NCBI GenBank assembly: GCA_905178155.1
Contig: CAJINV010000005.1
Span: 8,748,449 to 8,812,448, forward strand
DNA length: 64,000 nt
Source of the DNA: Amoebophrya sp. A120
Taxonomy: Eukaryota; Protista; Dinoflagellata
Direction of reading: 5' to 3'
The position numbers and the translations under genes are program-made. Position 1 is the stretch's first letter. Every line of letters begins with the position of its first letter. Positions 49,715 through 61,845 of the stretch are shown in pieces. Below the pieces are notes generated by a model, which searched no databases, was not told the DNA's origin, and was given only the letters and a program-made list of their open reading frames with translations.

Positions 49715-52700
49715 TCCCCTGTAGAAGTTCTTTATTCACTTGCTCTCTTCCACCATGGCCTCAAATTCGTCCCACCACAATTGGTCCATCAAGCGTTATG
49801 AATGGAAATCGTTGTTGAGTAGTTCTTTTCAGGTTGAAGTTTGTGATGCTCTCACCGCTCTGCCAAGTATTCAGTTGGTGGTGCACAAGATCATGCTTGA
49901 GCACTTTTGGAGACGAGTTGACCTACTACCCTTCACGTTGAAGAAGGCAAAATGCAAAGAATATAGAAAGTCGAAGTCCTCCACCTCTGCTAGAAGATCT
50001 TACATAAGTTTCAATCGTGGAAGAACTGCACTCGATGCATAGTTTACAAACTCCAGCCTGTCTCAGCAACTTGTCCTGCATGTCATAAACTCCTGACCAA
50101 CACGTGCGGCCTTTCCCACGGTTTCCTATTCTCCCCCGCCCAATGTAACACTTTCGGCGGGAGAGACATCTGCGTGAAAGCGACCAGATCCCGGGTGACG
50201 TTAAACCGCGTGAACGGCGCAAATTCGTTTTTCAAATGTATGCATTGCAAAAGTAAAAATATCGCCATCGTATAAAATTGCAGTTACGCATGACAAATCT
50301 ACGTTTCTACACTATCCCGCATGACAGATTTCGTTTTTCTTCTAAAGCAAATTTGTAATGCAATTCATACTACTTAGGATGATATTTTTGCAATGCATAA
50401 AATGGTACTGGTATTTGAATTCCGTGTTCAGTTCGTCTTTGTCCGATTCGCTTGTATCCATGGGCCCATAGTACTCATTCCAGGTCATATCTAGCAACTG
50501 CGTGCCGGTCTTGTATTCGACGAAAAAATTGTACTCCATGGGTAAAACGCAGTGGTAAGGGAGAAGCAGATGGTCCTTGTATCCCAACCTGTCTAGGTCG
50601 TACCTGACGTTTTCTATCGACTTCCCATTGGTCGTGAAATAGACCCGTTGAATCGAGTTCGCATCCGTGGGAGGGACATACGCTGGGTTCACCGGCTGTT
50701 GTGTTGCTTGCGCCTGTTGCCGATTCTTCTCGTCGAGGGCGAGGCTCGCGTTGGATTTTAAAGAGAGAATCACCGTGTCCGGCTTCAGTAAAGCACCCCG
50801 GCCAAGTAACTCCCCGTGCTCCCATCTCGTTGCGAAGTGCTCGTCGCAGCCGACGAAAGTGAGAGGTATCTGGTTACTGTCCGAGGAGTCGTCCACTTCT
50901 GGAGCATCAGCTTCTTCTGCTACGGTGCTCGTAGTACCATCTTCGTCCCCTTTTGGAGGTAGGTGTACTTCTTGCTGTACCGCATTACTAGAAACAGGAG
51001 TTTGCTCCTGCACCTGCTCCAACTGTCTATCTGCAACGAACCCGTCTGGCAATTCTTGCTCGTACAGCACTCCGCTTTCATCCTGTTCCCTGGTAGAGTC
51101 CAATTCTGTATGGACTGCAAATGTGTCTGGTTCTGGAAGATGAGTGCAGGAGTAGTTTGTCATGCATCTTAAAGATCACGCAGCTGGTCTCTCATGCACG
51201 CAAAAGCATTACAGGTTTTTCGCAGGCCTCTTGATGCCTATCCCGCATGACAAAATCTCTATTTGCCTAGTAAGAAATAGAAATGGGCAGCTTTTGGCGC
51301 TCATGCATCACAAATTTTTTCCTATTCCATGATCTGCATCACAAGTTGCAACCTTTCAGACCCAGACATATTTGCACTGCATACTCTGTCATGCTGTGGT
51401 AGAAGTGCTTCCGTCTCCTCCGTGCCCCCTCATCGCCCTCCGTCCCGAGGGGCTCGAAGCGGACATAACCGAGTCGAACTTGGTTCCGGACTAGGAAGTT
51501 GTCCAGCCACGGCTGCTGCAACCCCTTTTCGAAGAGATGGGATAGCCGATCATCTCGGATTATCGGGGAATGCTTGCCGAAATCAGATAAAGCGTACATC
51601 AGCTGGTTGAAAAACTTCTCGATGTATGCACTGCAAAAGTATCGTACTCGTACTAATCGCAGCCACCCATGCATTACAAATCTAGCAATCAAGGGAAATC
51701 CGCATTACGAATTACATTTGTAATGCTGAGCCAATTTGTGATGCAATTTATTCTAGTACGACGCTTTTGCAGTTCATACGTTGGGAGTCAAAACCATCAC
51801 CCCAATGTTCAAATACGGAAACCGGTTCATGTCGGCGAACAACCGGAAAGTGGCAAACGGAGTGACGCCAATTGCCAAGGGCGCGTTGATTTGAAAAAGT
51901 TCGTCAATCGGCCGGGTGAGAAGCATGTCTGCGTCCAGGAAGATCACTTTCTCGAACTCGGTCAACTTCCAGCGATAGAAACCAACCGCTGTTATCCTGA
52001 GGAAAAACGTCCGCACCCCATAGTACTCACGTTGCGAACTCTGCAACACAAATCCACCAGTTTTGGGAGCCATGCATAACAAGGTCGTCTTTATAGTGTA
52101 GTAGTAATGCAGGTTCTTAGCAAGGACAGTCGCATCACAAACCCTTCTCCTTATCCTGTTTACGGCATTACAAATGTTGCCAAAACACGGTTGGAAATGT
52201 CCCTGCTCATGTAGATGCGCAGTACAAATTCTTTAACTTGTATTGCAAACATGCATCACATCAGAAAAAAAAATTCCAATTTTCTTAAGGTCAAAATGCA
52301 CAGCGTTCGTGCTAATTCAGGTCATTTTAGTGCAAAACTGGTCTTGTTAAGTCAAAAACAATAAAAACGCCGGAAAAGCGCACGGCGGGGCCACATAGTT
52401 AACCCTAAAAATTGCGCAGATGCGCAAAAAAGCGAGAACTTAGACGAAAAGGACGCAAGTTCATCGAAATAAACACAGAAGCGCAACACTTTGCACACCA
52501 GCGAAAAACGGCCAAAACCACAGCGACCCGCGTGCCGATGGCAAGGAGATCGCGCTCTTTGTCAAGAAAGAGCGCGTCTCTTTGGTGGGAATTAGGCTTA
52601 TTTTGCAGCAAAATTGCTCTTGTTAAGCCAAAAAGGCAGAAACGCGCAACATTCGGGCCGTGGGCTTCACCTAGTTAGGCCTGGAAAGTGCACACATGCA

Positions 52701-55700
52701 CCCAAAAAAGCAAACTAAGGCAAAAACGTCGGAAAATCATCAAAATAAGCAAGAAAGTGCGACCATTTGCACACTAACCACGACCAGCCAAGAACAGAAC
52801 AAAGCGGGCGCCGATGTTTTTGCAAAGCGCTGCAGCGCGTTTGCTGGCAATGACTCACGGGCAAAGCCAAAAGCAGACGGCGCGGACTTTTTTAGGCCCG
52901 ACATGCGTCGGAAATGCTCAAACTCCGCAAAAATCAGCAAAAAAGGTTCAAAAACACAGCAAAACGATCGCGGGAAAGCACAAAAACACAGCAAAAGGAC
53001 CCAAATGCGAGGAAAAACAGCGCAGAGCTGGCCTTGTTAAGTCAAAAAGCCGCAAATGCGACACATGTGGGCCATGGGCTTCACTTAGTCCGCCCGAAAA
53101 GTGTGCAAATGCACCAAATAAAGACGCAAGCCAAGGCAAAAACGTCGCAAAGCCATCGAAGTAGGCGAAAAAGTGCAACACTTTGCAAATTCTCCAAAAA
53201 GACACAAAAGCGCAACAACGCGCGCGCCAATGATTTTGCAGAAGCAAGTCCGCAGAGCGGTGGCGCTATGTATCGCACCCGCCAGGCCACTTCCAGACAG
53301 TTTGGCCGCTCTGAGGACCGAAATGCGCCAAAGAAACTTCCTTCAGCTTAAAAGGCGCAAAAGCGCGACAGGGTGAGCCAATGAAATACAACAAAAAGGC
53401 GGCGAGAATAACCATCCCCAGGCAGTTTGTTCGTTTTCTGGCCCAAACAATGAAAATGCGCCGAAAAGGCACAACCACGCAACAAAATGAGCGAAGTACG
53501 GCAAAAAAACAGCGAAAAGACACCAAAAAAGGACGACGAAGGCAGAATATTGACAACGTCGCCACTCTTAGCGCAGAACCTTAGCAACTGCGGCGCCTCT
53601 CGTGCTTCCTTGATAAGTCGAGTCTGGCGCTGCAGCGCAAAAAGGATAACAAAGACAAAACCACACAAATGCAGAAAAGAAGCGAAAAGCACTGCCGCGT
53701 CACTCCCCTGCGCCCGGGCATGAAGATAAACGCCATGCGGTCAGCGCGCGAGGCGAGAAGCATCAGAAAAATGCCCACACCAAGAAACAGGCCGCTGGCT
53801 GACAAGCCGCACCGGCCTCCGGGATTGCATTACATGGAAAACCAGCGAAGACGAAGAGCGTAGCTCGGTACTAATGCAGGGCGCTTACGCGAAACAGTCG
53901 CGCCGCTAGCTCTGGAAGCAAAGTGCGAAAAACACAGACAACCGGCGCAGCGTGGTTTGGCCCACAAAAATACGCGGAGGGGACCGGGAAGTGCACAGAC
54001 CGGCGCGGGCCAGTGCAAAAGTGCGGCAAACATGCTCGACCTAGTAAAAAAACGGCAAAAGCCGCCGCAACACGGAAAACGGCCCGCGACCGTTTGCGCT
54101 GGCAGGCACGCTACCAAAAGGCACGGACAGGCACAAGCGCCGCGGGCTAGACTATGTATTAGCGGGGCAATATTTACTAACGAGAAATGAAAAAACAGAG
54201 CAGCGGCAAAAATTTCGACACGAAAAAGAGCAAAAGGGCGCCAACTGCAGGGGCGGGCTGTTGTTCATGTTCCTCCTGCCATAAAATAGCAAAAAGGCAC
54301 AAAAAGCCCCGGCAAAATTAAACACAAAGCACCGCGGAGCCGCTCGCCTTAGCTCAGACATGGAAACCCGCGCCACGCGAGCAACAAAAAAAAAGGAAAA
54401 CACCCCAAGGGCGCCCACACCAGCACGCGAGCCGGCGGCGGGGAAAACGAATCGCCTGCAGAGGCTACACTGCACGCAATGGAAGAAAAAGCCGAAGGGG
54501 CGGGGTAAAATCCAAAACTTTTCGCGGGCGTGGGGAGGGCGAAGCGCCCCGGCAGCGCAAGCTTGCGCGCGCTGCAAAAATTCAAAAAGAGTTATCTTTT
54601 AGCTGTTTCAGATATTCACCGAGTAAGATCTCGGGCGGTGCTCGACTCAGATCTCTTGGGGAGTTGTCTGTCATTGCAAATCTGCATGACAACTCTGGGA
54701 CGGGCACGTTTTTGCTCACGATAGCTGTTGGAGTGGTTTTTCTCTCGTACCACCATTCGATCTTGCCGTCAGAATTCGGCTCGGGCTCTCTTTTATGCAT
54801 TGCAAAAGTATCGCATTTGTATTGCTAAAAGCAGACTGCAGACCAGATCTGTCATGCAGAGGTACTGCACCTACGACGAGTACGATACGGATACTTTTGC
54901 AACGCCTACTTTCCAAATGTTGGTGCTTTCACGGGTAACTCCGACTCGAGGACGCGACGGACTTCTAAATTGTAGTCACCGGATCTTCTAGAGAGGGAAT
55001 TCCTTGTGGTTGTGGGTCGTTGTTGCGGTGGCTCATCATCTCCTGCTCTAGGCGGTTTCGTCGCTTGCTGAGCGGCCCCTCGACCATCACGTAGATGCGT
55101 CCCAAACAGCAATTTTTCCTCCGTCTCATTGCTCAGTTTCTCATTTGACAAAATGATGAACCGATACTTCCCCTTGTGCACTCGGTAGACGCTCCTTGCG
55201 AGCGTTCTCAGCGCGTTGATGTAGGTTTCCACCTCCTTGTTATCAAACATCACCGAAGTGAAGGCGAACCGTTTGGACACCTTTCTCGCGAAGATTTTCG
55301 AATTGTCGACGGACAGGAGTTATGCATTGCAAAAGCATCGCACTACACTAGCTCTAGCATAAAATGCATTTACAAATTTTTCCAAGAGAAAAAATGCAGT
55401 TTGTCATGCTGGATAACGTAGAAAGTTTAGATTTGTCATGCATATCTGCACGTAATACGAGTGCATTGCTTTTGCAATTCATAGGAGTTGCCTATCCACC
55501 GTGATTTTCTGTCTTGTGCCGTCGGCGAAAACGGTCGTGATGCCGTCTTTAAACATACCTTTCACGATATCGCATGAAAAAACTGTTTCACTGTGATGAT
55601 TTTGCAATATCTGCATCACAAGTTTGCTACACATGACGCGGAAAACTTGCCATGCGCGCTTCCCAAGGGAAAAAACGCTTCAAAATCCAATGTCTTGCAG

Positions 55701-58700
55701 GTGTAGCAAGACAAACACCTTGGCGCTTCGTTCTCTGCATCACAAGTTCACAGTGAAACAGTTTTTTCTTGCGATACACGATGCCCCCCTCGATGAACAC
55801 TTGGGTGGTAGTAGTGGTGGTAGTTGATGAAGTAGCTACGACATCGGCACCACTCATTGCCACTCTAGAATTTCGGCCTTGACCTTGGTTCTTTACTTTC
55901 TCCTTGATCCTTTTCTGCTCCTCCCGTAAATCCAATCCCAACCCGCCCGACATGAGATTGATCACGCTCGCCTCGACATTCCACTCCCCCTGGTACCCGA
56001 CTGCTTTCCCGTCTTCGTTATGAGAGTGCACAACCCCCCCCCTCCGCCTCGTTTGTCATGCAGAATACCCAGCCAGCCCTTTGCCTCTTGGCACTGTTTG
56101 CGTGACAAGTTCTGGCGACCCAAATAGCACTACACTCCAGTGCAAGTTTGTCATGCAAAACTAACCGGCATTCATGCTATACAAATGAGGGAGAGGGGGG
56201 GTTGTGCACCGTCATATTCGTCCTTCTTCCGACAGTAAAACTCCTGCATCAAGCTTCGCTGGATAATCGAAAGACCCTTCAACAACCGCCTCGCTTCTGG
56301 TAAAGCCAACAACGCGCCGAAGAACCCCTTCCGCTGCCACCGCGCCCAGGTGTGGAGGAGCATGTCGATGTCGGTGAGGGTTGTGTGGAGAAAAACTTCT
56401 AACCGAAGTTTCAAATCGGTCAATTGCTGCTCGGATAGACGGAAGAGAATGGTTGGTTTGTTCTTGGGGTCTGTAGTTCTTTCGACGGCGTCTTCATCAT
56501 GCAACACAAACTTGATGTCAGGGAAATGATCCGGTTTTGGAGTTGTGTCGACGGCCACAGGAACTGCATTCGGTGCAGCTCCCGGTGCCCCCGCCTCGTT
56601 CTTACTCTCTTCAACACTACCATTCCCCGCCCAATCGATATCCTCTTCTGAAAACGTCGCGGCGCTGTCGGTCCAAAAGTCGCCTCGTTCCTTGTTTAAG
56701 CGGTTTATGATCAGTTCTGTCCAGGAGGGGATTTTCACCTTTTCTCGTAGCCAGTCACTGTACGTTCTCCTGTGGATTTCCTCGAACGTTTTGTCGTTGT
56801 GGTACTTCTTGAAAAGGGTGTGGGTCCAATGCTGGGTAGTGGTGGTGGATTCAGATTCTAAAACTTCCTCTGGCAGTCCCTGTGAAGATCCGCTCTGGCA
56901 GGCGTGCTTGTAGGTTCTGTCGATCTTGCTGCGAGGGGGGTTTGCATCGTCCCTGTTCTGGTCGAAGGCGCCCGATGTTGTGTGCTCCATATGCTCTGGC
57001 TCGGGCGTCCCCGGAATTTGGAAAATGTTATCGCCAGAATCCGACACGGCGGTGAGGTTAACCTGTAGCACTACCTCAACCAAATACTCAGCTAAAGCGA
57101 CCGCTTGCTGCAAGCTGCAGGACGGCATGAGGTACTTGGTGACGTGTCGGATGTGCTAGTATCGCAGGAAAAAAGTGCTACAGTCACACATTTGTATGCA
57201 ATTTCAGAATCACAAAGCTGCTCTGCCTGGCGAAGAAAACTTGTAAAAATGCGCAGACTAAATAAGGGAAAACACGAATAAAATGAGGCTGGCAAGCATT
57301 TCCTGCATGACAGAGGTTGTCTGTCTTGCTTGTCTTCCATCAGAGTGTGTAACTGTAATACTTTTTTCTCAGCATAGGTTTTGCATCCGGTTCAATTGTG
57401 TCGGTGAGATGAAGGATTCTTGGTTGATCACCCGCTTTTCTTGTTCCCCAGTAATCTGGTCCGGGGAATCTTCTTCAGGGGTAACTTCAGCATCAGAACT
57501 CGTCGTTTCTGATGCAAAATGCGAATCAAAAAACTTGCTCGTCAACTTGTTCTCCCGGATTAATTTCCCCGCGTCAACGAATATGACCCGCTCAGGTGGT
57601 ACAATCACAACCACAAGCGTTACAATAGAGTCTGACATTTGTCTTGCATGATGAGCATGACAGTCTCGCATAGCGTTCCACATTCTGCAATACAAATTTT
57701 GCCACATTGCAGTGGGGTTTGGGGCTCCGGAGTTTGTCATGCGCAATCCTATGAGAGTAGGGTAGATCGTTCACTTCTTGCATCACAGATTTCCAGATTC
57801 TATGGTAATCGATTTGAGATTGTAACAGCTGAGCAGGTTATAACGAAGCCGGGCAGTTTCTGTTTGTCGTGCGCGAGGTTCAAGCGCCAGATCACGTTGC
57901 CTGGCTCGTGCACAATTCTCGGGCCGTGGGAAATGCGGAGGGAAAGTGTGAGTTATGTGGAAGTAGGGTTTAGAACTGCAATCTGTGTGTCCGTCGTGCC
58001 CAAGCGACAAATTTTTGATTTAGCAAAATCGAATCAGGATAGATCGGAACCTCGCGTCCCCACAAACCCCTCGCCCCGGGGCCAGGCAGGCCTTCGGGTA
58101 CGCGAGGGCATTTTGGCTCGTGTTTTAAAATTTGGAAGGTTGCAAACTTTGTAATGCTCAATTTCGCCCAACGAAAACGCTTCGAGCTACCAAAAACGAA
58201 ACACGAGCTAAAGGACCCTCGCGTTCCCAAAAGACCCGCGGCCCAGGGACAGTCAGGCCCTCGGGTACGCGAGGGCATTTTCGCCCGTGATTCAAAATTT
58301 GAAAGGTTGCAAAATTTGCAATGCGGAATTTTCCCAAACGAAAAATTTTGAACGGCAAAAAATGAAACACGAGCTAACGGACCCTCGCGTCCGCACAAGA
58401 CCAGAAGGGAGCGTTCGCTCGGTCTTCGGGCTTTCGGAGGCTGTGCAGCACATCCTATCATCCGCCCGGCTCACAGCTTCCCTCCGATATCCGAAAAGTG
58501 CGACACTTGAAATTCCACGCCCCGACTGTCGTGAAAGTGCGCTGCCGAGGTGCCGAAACGATTCTTCTCGAGTATTGTCTTTCTTTCGCGGTCGTGGTCC
58601 GCAGATTGTTGTATTGCAGGTGGTTCTGAATCCGAATCGCTAGATGTACCACTTCCTTTGCTCGTCACATCCTCGTCCTCCACGACACTCACGTCCAATT

Positions 58701-60987
58701 CCACGGGATCCTCCCGCAAAATCGTGAACTGGTCCAAGTCCAAAACCCGTTTCGCAAACGGGTGCGACTGCAGCAACGCCTTGTGGTGCTCGAAGAATGT
58801 CGGGATCGGGGAGATTTTATCCTGTGCAAAAGTATCGTACTCGTACTAATTGCATATATGCATGACAAATCTTCTTCCTAAGGTAAAACAGCATTACAAA
58901 TTGCATTTGTCATGCTGGGCAAATTTGTATATGCAATTTGTACTAGTACGATGCTTTTGCATTGCATAGATTTGCGTGTAGTTGCTGCTGTCGAGGAAAA
59001 ATTCCCTGGAAAGCTCCGAGCGGGCGTGAAGCACGTAGTTCTCGAAGGATTTGTATTGCTTGATAGCTTCTTGTTTTAATAAGTCGGTGGCGGAGGAGGG
59101 CAGTTTGGATGCTCTTTTGGAAGAAGTAGTTCTCCCAGCAGTAGATGTCACGACCGTAGCTGCGCCACTTCTAGTTGCAGTAGTTCTACTACTTCCAACA
59201 GACAATTCTCCGAACCCCAGACTGACCCACGCGTCGGATAAAAAAGAAAACCAGCCCAGCGAGATTTTCTCAAACTGTATCAGCCGCAAGTTGTACTTCA
59301 AAACGTGGCATGCATTGCAAAAGTTGTATCGTACTCGTACAAATGCATTACAAATTTCCTCAGCATTAGAAATAAAATTTGTAATGGGGATTTGCCTTAA
59401 ATCAGAGATTTGTATATGCATGAATGTAATACGAGTACGATACTTGTGCACAGGATACGTGTATCTCCTGCCGCACCCTTTCGTAGCTGGTCGGGAAGCA
59501 GCAGAACCAGGTGGGCTTCTCGTACCTTCTCAACACCGGCGCGTTCCGGTGGGCAAGCTCCGCGATGATCAGCCTCTGAGTCGTGTCCGCGTTGTTTACC
59601 GCGTTCCACGTTTCAAAATCGATTTTCTCCGCCTGCGATTGCCGGATGAAGTCCTCCACTGGGTAATTATCCTGTTTCAGCTGGTTATCAACTGTAAATG
59701 TGTCTGGGTCTCCTGAGAGAGTGCAAGGTTTGTCATGCATGTTTTGCATGACCCACGATGCCTGTAATGCATGAGCTAGCATCACAGATTCTAAGAAGGC
59801 TTCCTGATGCCTAGTCCACATGACAAATGCCCTCCCCACATAGCACAACCTAGACCCCTCTTGCTGGTCATCCAATACAAATCTTTTTAGAATCCAAACA
59901 CAGCATCACAAGTTCCATCCTTCCAGACCCAGACATTTTTGCGATGCATACTGGTGAGATAACCGGAGGAGAATGTCGTACAAGGGCCACCCGGACTGCA
60001 TCAAATTGTAGCTCCCCCAATTGCCCCGGATCATGAAGAGGATATTGCTCCCGTAATCCTCCACGATATCGAACTCCTTTAACCTGTCTTCGTTGGATGT
60101 ATCGACATCGGATGAAGAATTTATTTCCTGGTCGGATGACGCCGCGTCTTGCTCGGAGTCGGCTTCCGAATCGCTATTGGCACCCGATGATGTTGAACCT
60201 ATTCTCTTCACAAACCCGTTTTTTTCATTCAAATCGGTTTTGTGTAGCACGTTCCCATACACAATCAGTGCCCGAAACGCTGCAGTTGTGCCGAAAAAGC
60301 TCATCCATTTTGTCACCAAATGCCCTAGAGGGCACTCTTGCAGAAACGTGTGACAGACGCCACAGGTGCAGTCGCAGTTGGATAAGTCCCAGCGTCTACC
60401 GATCATCCCGTTGATCGTTTTTTCCATGGCTTGGCGGTTTTCAGGCGTGTCGGAGTTGAACGGCTGCTCCAGGAAGATGTTCACCATCTGCCGGACTTCC
60501 AACCATATCCTGTGCAAAAGTATCGCACTCCTCGTACTATATCGCAATTATGCATGACAAATCTTGTCCTTAAGGTGAAACAGCATGACAAATTCCAGTT
60601 CTCATGCAGATGAAATTTGTGATGCATTTATACGAGTACGAGGATACTTTTGCGATTGATAAACCATCTAGGCTCGCAATTCCGTTTCCGGGAACAGGAG
60701 GTCGGGTGGTGGAGGTTCGTCATGCCGCCCAGGGGCATTCGGTACAAATTCTCGACGTTTTTTCCGAAGGTTTTGTGAATGTCGATGTTTTGGTTGTCCC
60801 CCGTGACCAGGTTTTTCTTTTCTTCGCGAAACGCATCGGGCGCGTCGCCGACCAGGTCTTCCAAACGCTGTTCGGAGGAGATCAGTGCTTCTGGTGCTGC
60901 GGAAACGAGGGCGGGGACGAGGGGAGAGAGCAGTAATAGTTGCAAGACCAGGGCTACAAAAAGGAGCTGCCAAGAAGGCGTTGTCAT
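49715..60987 (-). CDS. Large signal-peptide protein with C-terminal glycosyltransferase family 8 (glycogenin-like) domain, about 20 exons
   Basis: N-terminal hydrophobic MTTPSWQLLFVALVLQLLLL; GT8 motifs WKLTEFEKVIFLDADML, YLNIGVMVLTP, LPMEYN, HWAGENRKPW; most joins in frame, but the 57955-58490 join and the 3' end are unresolved. Confidence 0.75.
50239..50399. mobile_element. Introner, family A-like
   Basis: Direct repeat aaatg/aaatg. Confidence 0.9.
51109..51383. mobile_element. Introner, family B
   Basis: Direct repeat ttctg/ctctg. Confidence 0.85.
51625..51778. mobile_element. Introner, family A
   Basis: Direct repeat cgatg/cgttg. Confidence 0.85.
52261..54585. repeat. 2.3-kb A-skewed degenerate repeat inside a GT8 intron (~52092-54593)
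   Basis: Diverged internal repeats starting tgttaagYcaaaaa at ~52345, 52621 and 53035. Confidence 0.7.
54794..54908. mobile_element. Introner, family A, now readable as GT-AG
   Basis: Flanks on coding strand gaaag/aaaga; join reads FGKEPEPN. Confidence 0.8.
55321..55483. mobile_element. Introner, family A
   Basis: Direct repeat ggagt/ggagt. Confidence 0.9.
55568..55776. mobile_element. Introner, family D-like
   Basis: TIR tatcgcaWgaaaaaactgtttcactgtga; direct repeat cacga/cacga. Confidence 0.9.
56019..56216. mobile_element. Introner, family E
   Basis: TIR tatga..gtgcacaacccccc; direct repeat ttcgt/ttcgt. Confidence 0.9.
57160..57376. mobile_element. Introner, family D, direct repeat diverged
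   Basis: Join reads MQNHIRHVTKYLMP after removing element plus 5 nt. Confidence 0.8.
58000..58400. repeat. Intronic tandem repeat, unit ~167 bp, ~2.3 copies
   Basis: cgggtacgcgagggcatttt repeated 166 bp apart. Confidence 0.85.
58818..58968. mobile_element. Introner, family A
   Basis: Direct repeat gattt/gattt. Confidence 0.9.
59309..59457. mobile_element. Introner, family A, opposite orientation to most copies
   Basis: Direct repeat cgtgg/cgtgt. Confidence 0.85.
59686..59950. mobile_element. Introner, family B
   Basis: Direct repeat ctggt/ctggt. Confidence 0.9.
60506..60661. mobile_element. Introner, family A
   Basis: Direct repeat aacca/aacca. Confidence 0.9.
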
Positions 60988-61845
60988 GATGTTGTGTGCC
61001 ACTAGCCCATCGGGTGGTCCCAGAGCAAAGGGCGTCATGGCCGCCCCGTGAAATGCCGACCTCATCGTGCCAGCCTGTGTCGGGTCGTCGGATCCCAGGT
61101 GGAACTGCGAGTAGTTCTCCAGTCGGTTGCAGCGAGTCTCACCAGCTCAGCGCGTTCCACCTTCAGGTGTCATCACGTGATGACGACCGGATTTCTTGCT
61201 CCCTCGACCCACCGTCGGGGGGTGCCGCCTGCTGGTGCTGGCCGTGCATCTTGATTTTGATGAAGTTCTACATTTGTATTTAAAGAGAACCAAAGACGGA
61301 AAATGAAAGCAAATGAAAAACAAAAAGCAGTGCTCAAGTACGAAAAACTGCAGGCAACAGCCTACCGGCTCCCTCCGTTTTTAGTTTGACCTTCGAGATC
61401 ATCTATCAGATCGGTTTTTCATCCCGAAGAACATTTATTTGGAACATGTGATCTTCAGTGGGATCGATTTTGCACTGTCTGCGAAAACCACGACCCTCAA
61501 GAAAGCAAAAGACTTTTTTCATGGGACGAGCACTCCTGGTGCAATTCCGTGCTTTTCGTCCTCTTGCGCAAAAAAGTAAAAGTTCTAGGAAACGTACAAA
61601 TTTGACGAGCTCCACATCGAGGACAGCAGCGCATTGTGTGATTGAAAAAGTCCTTCAAATCCTCCGAAACATGATACATGGTCCATCCGGAAACATAGTC
61701 AGAAGCACAACTCGAAACGACTAGAAAGTAAAGTACAGTTCTGAAAGACCGCTAAAAGTAGCCGTCGGATAATTCATCCCGTAATTCATCTCCACAACAA
61801 CCGTGCCATCACACTTCCCAACACCTGCCCCCAAACACCATAACT

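Noticed and set aside
58089-58100. Match near the dinoflagellate spliced leader (cattttggctc, actually at ~58109-58119)
   Set aside because: Only 11 bp, on the non-coding strand, and not conserved in the next repeat unit.
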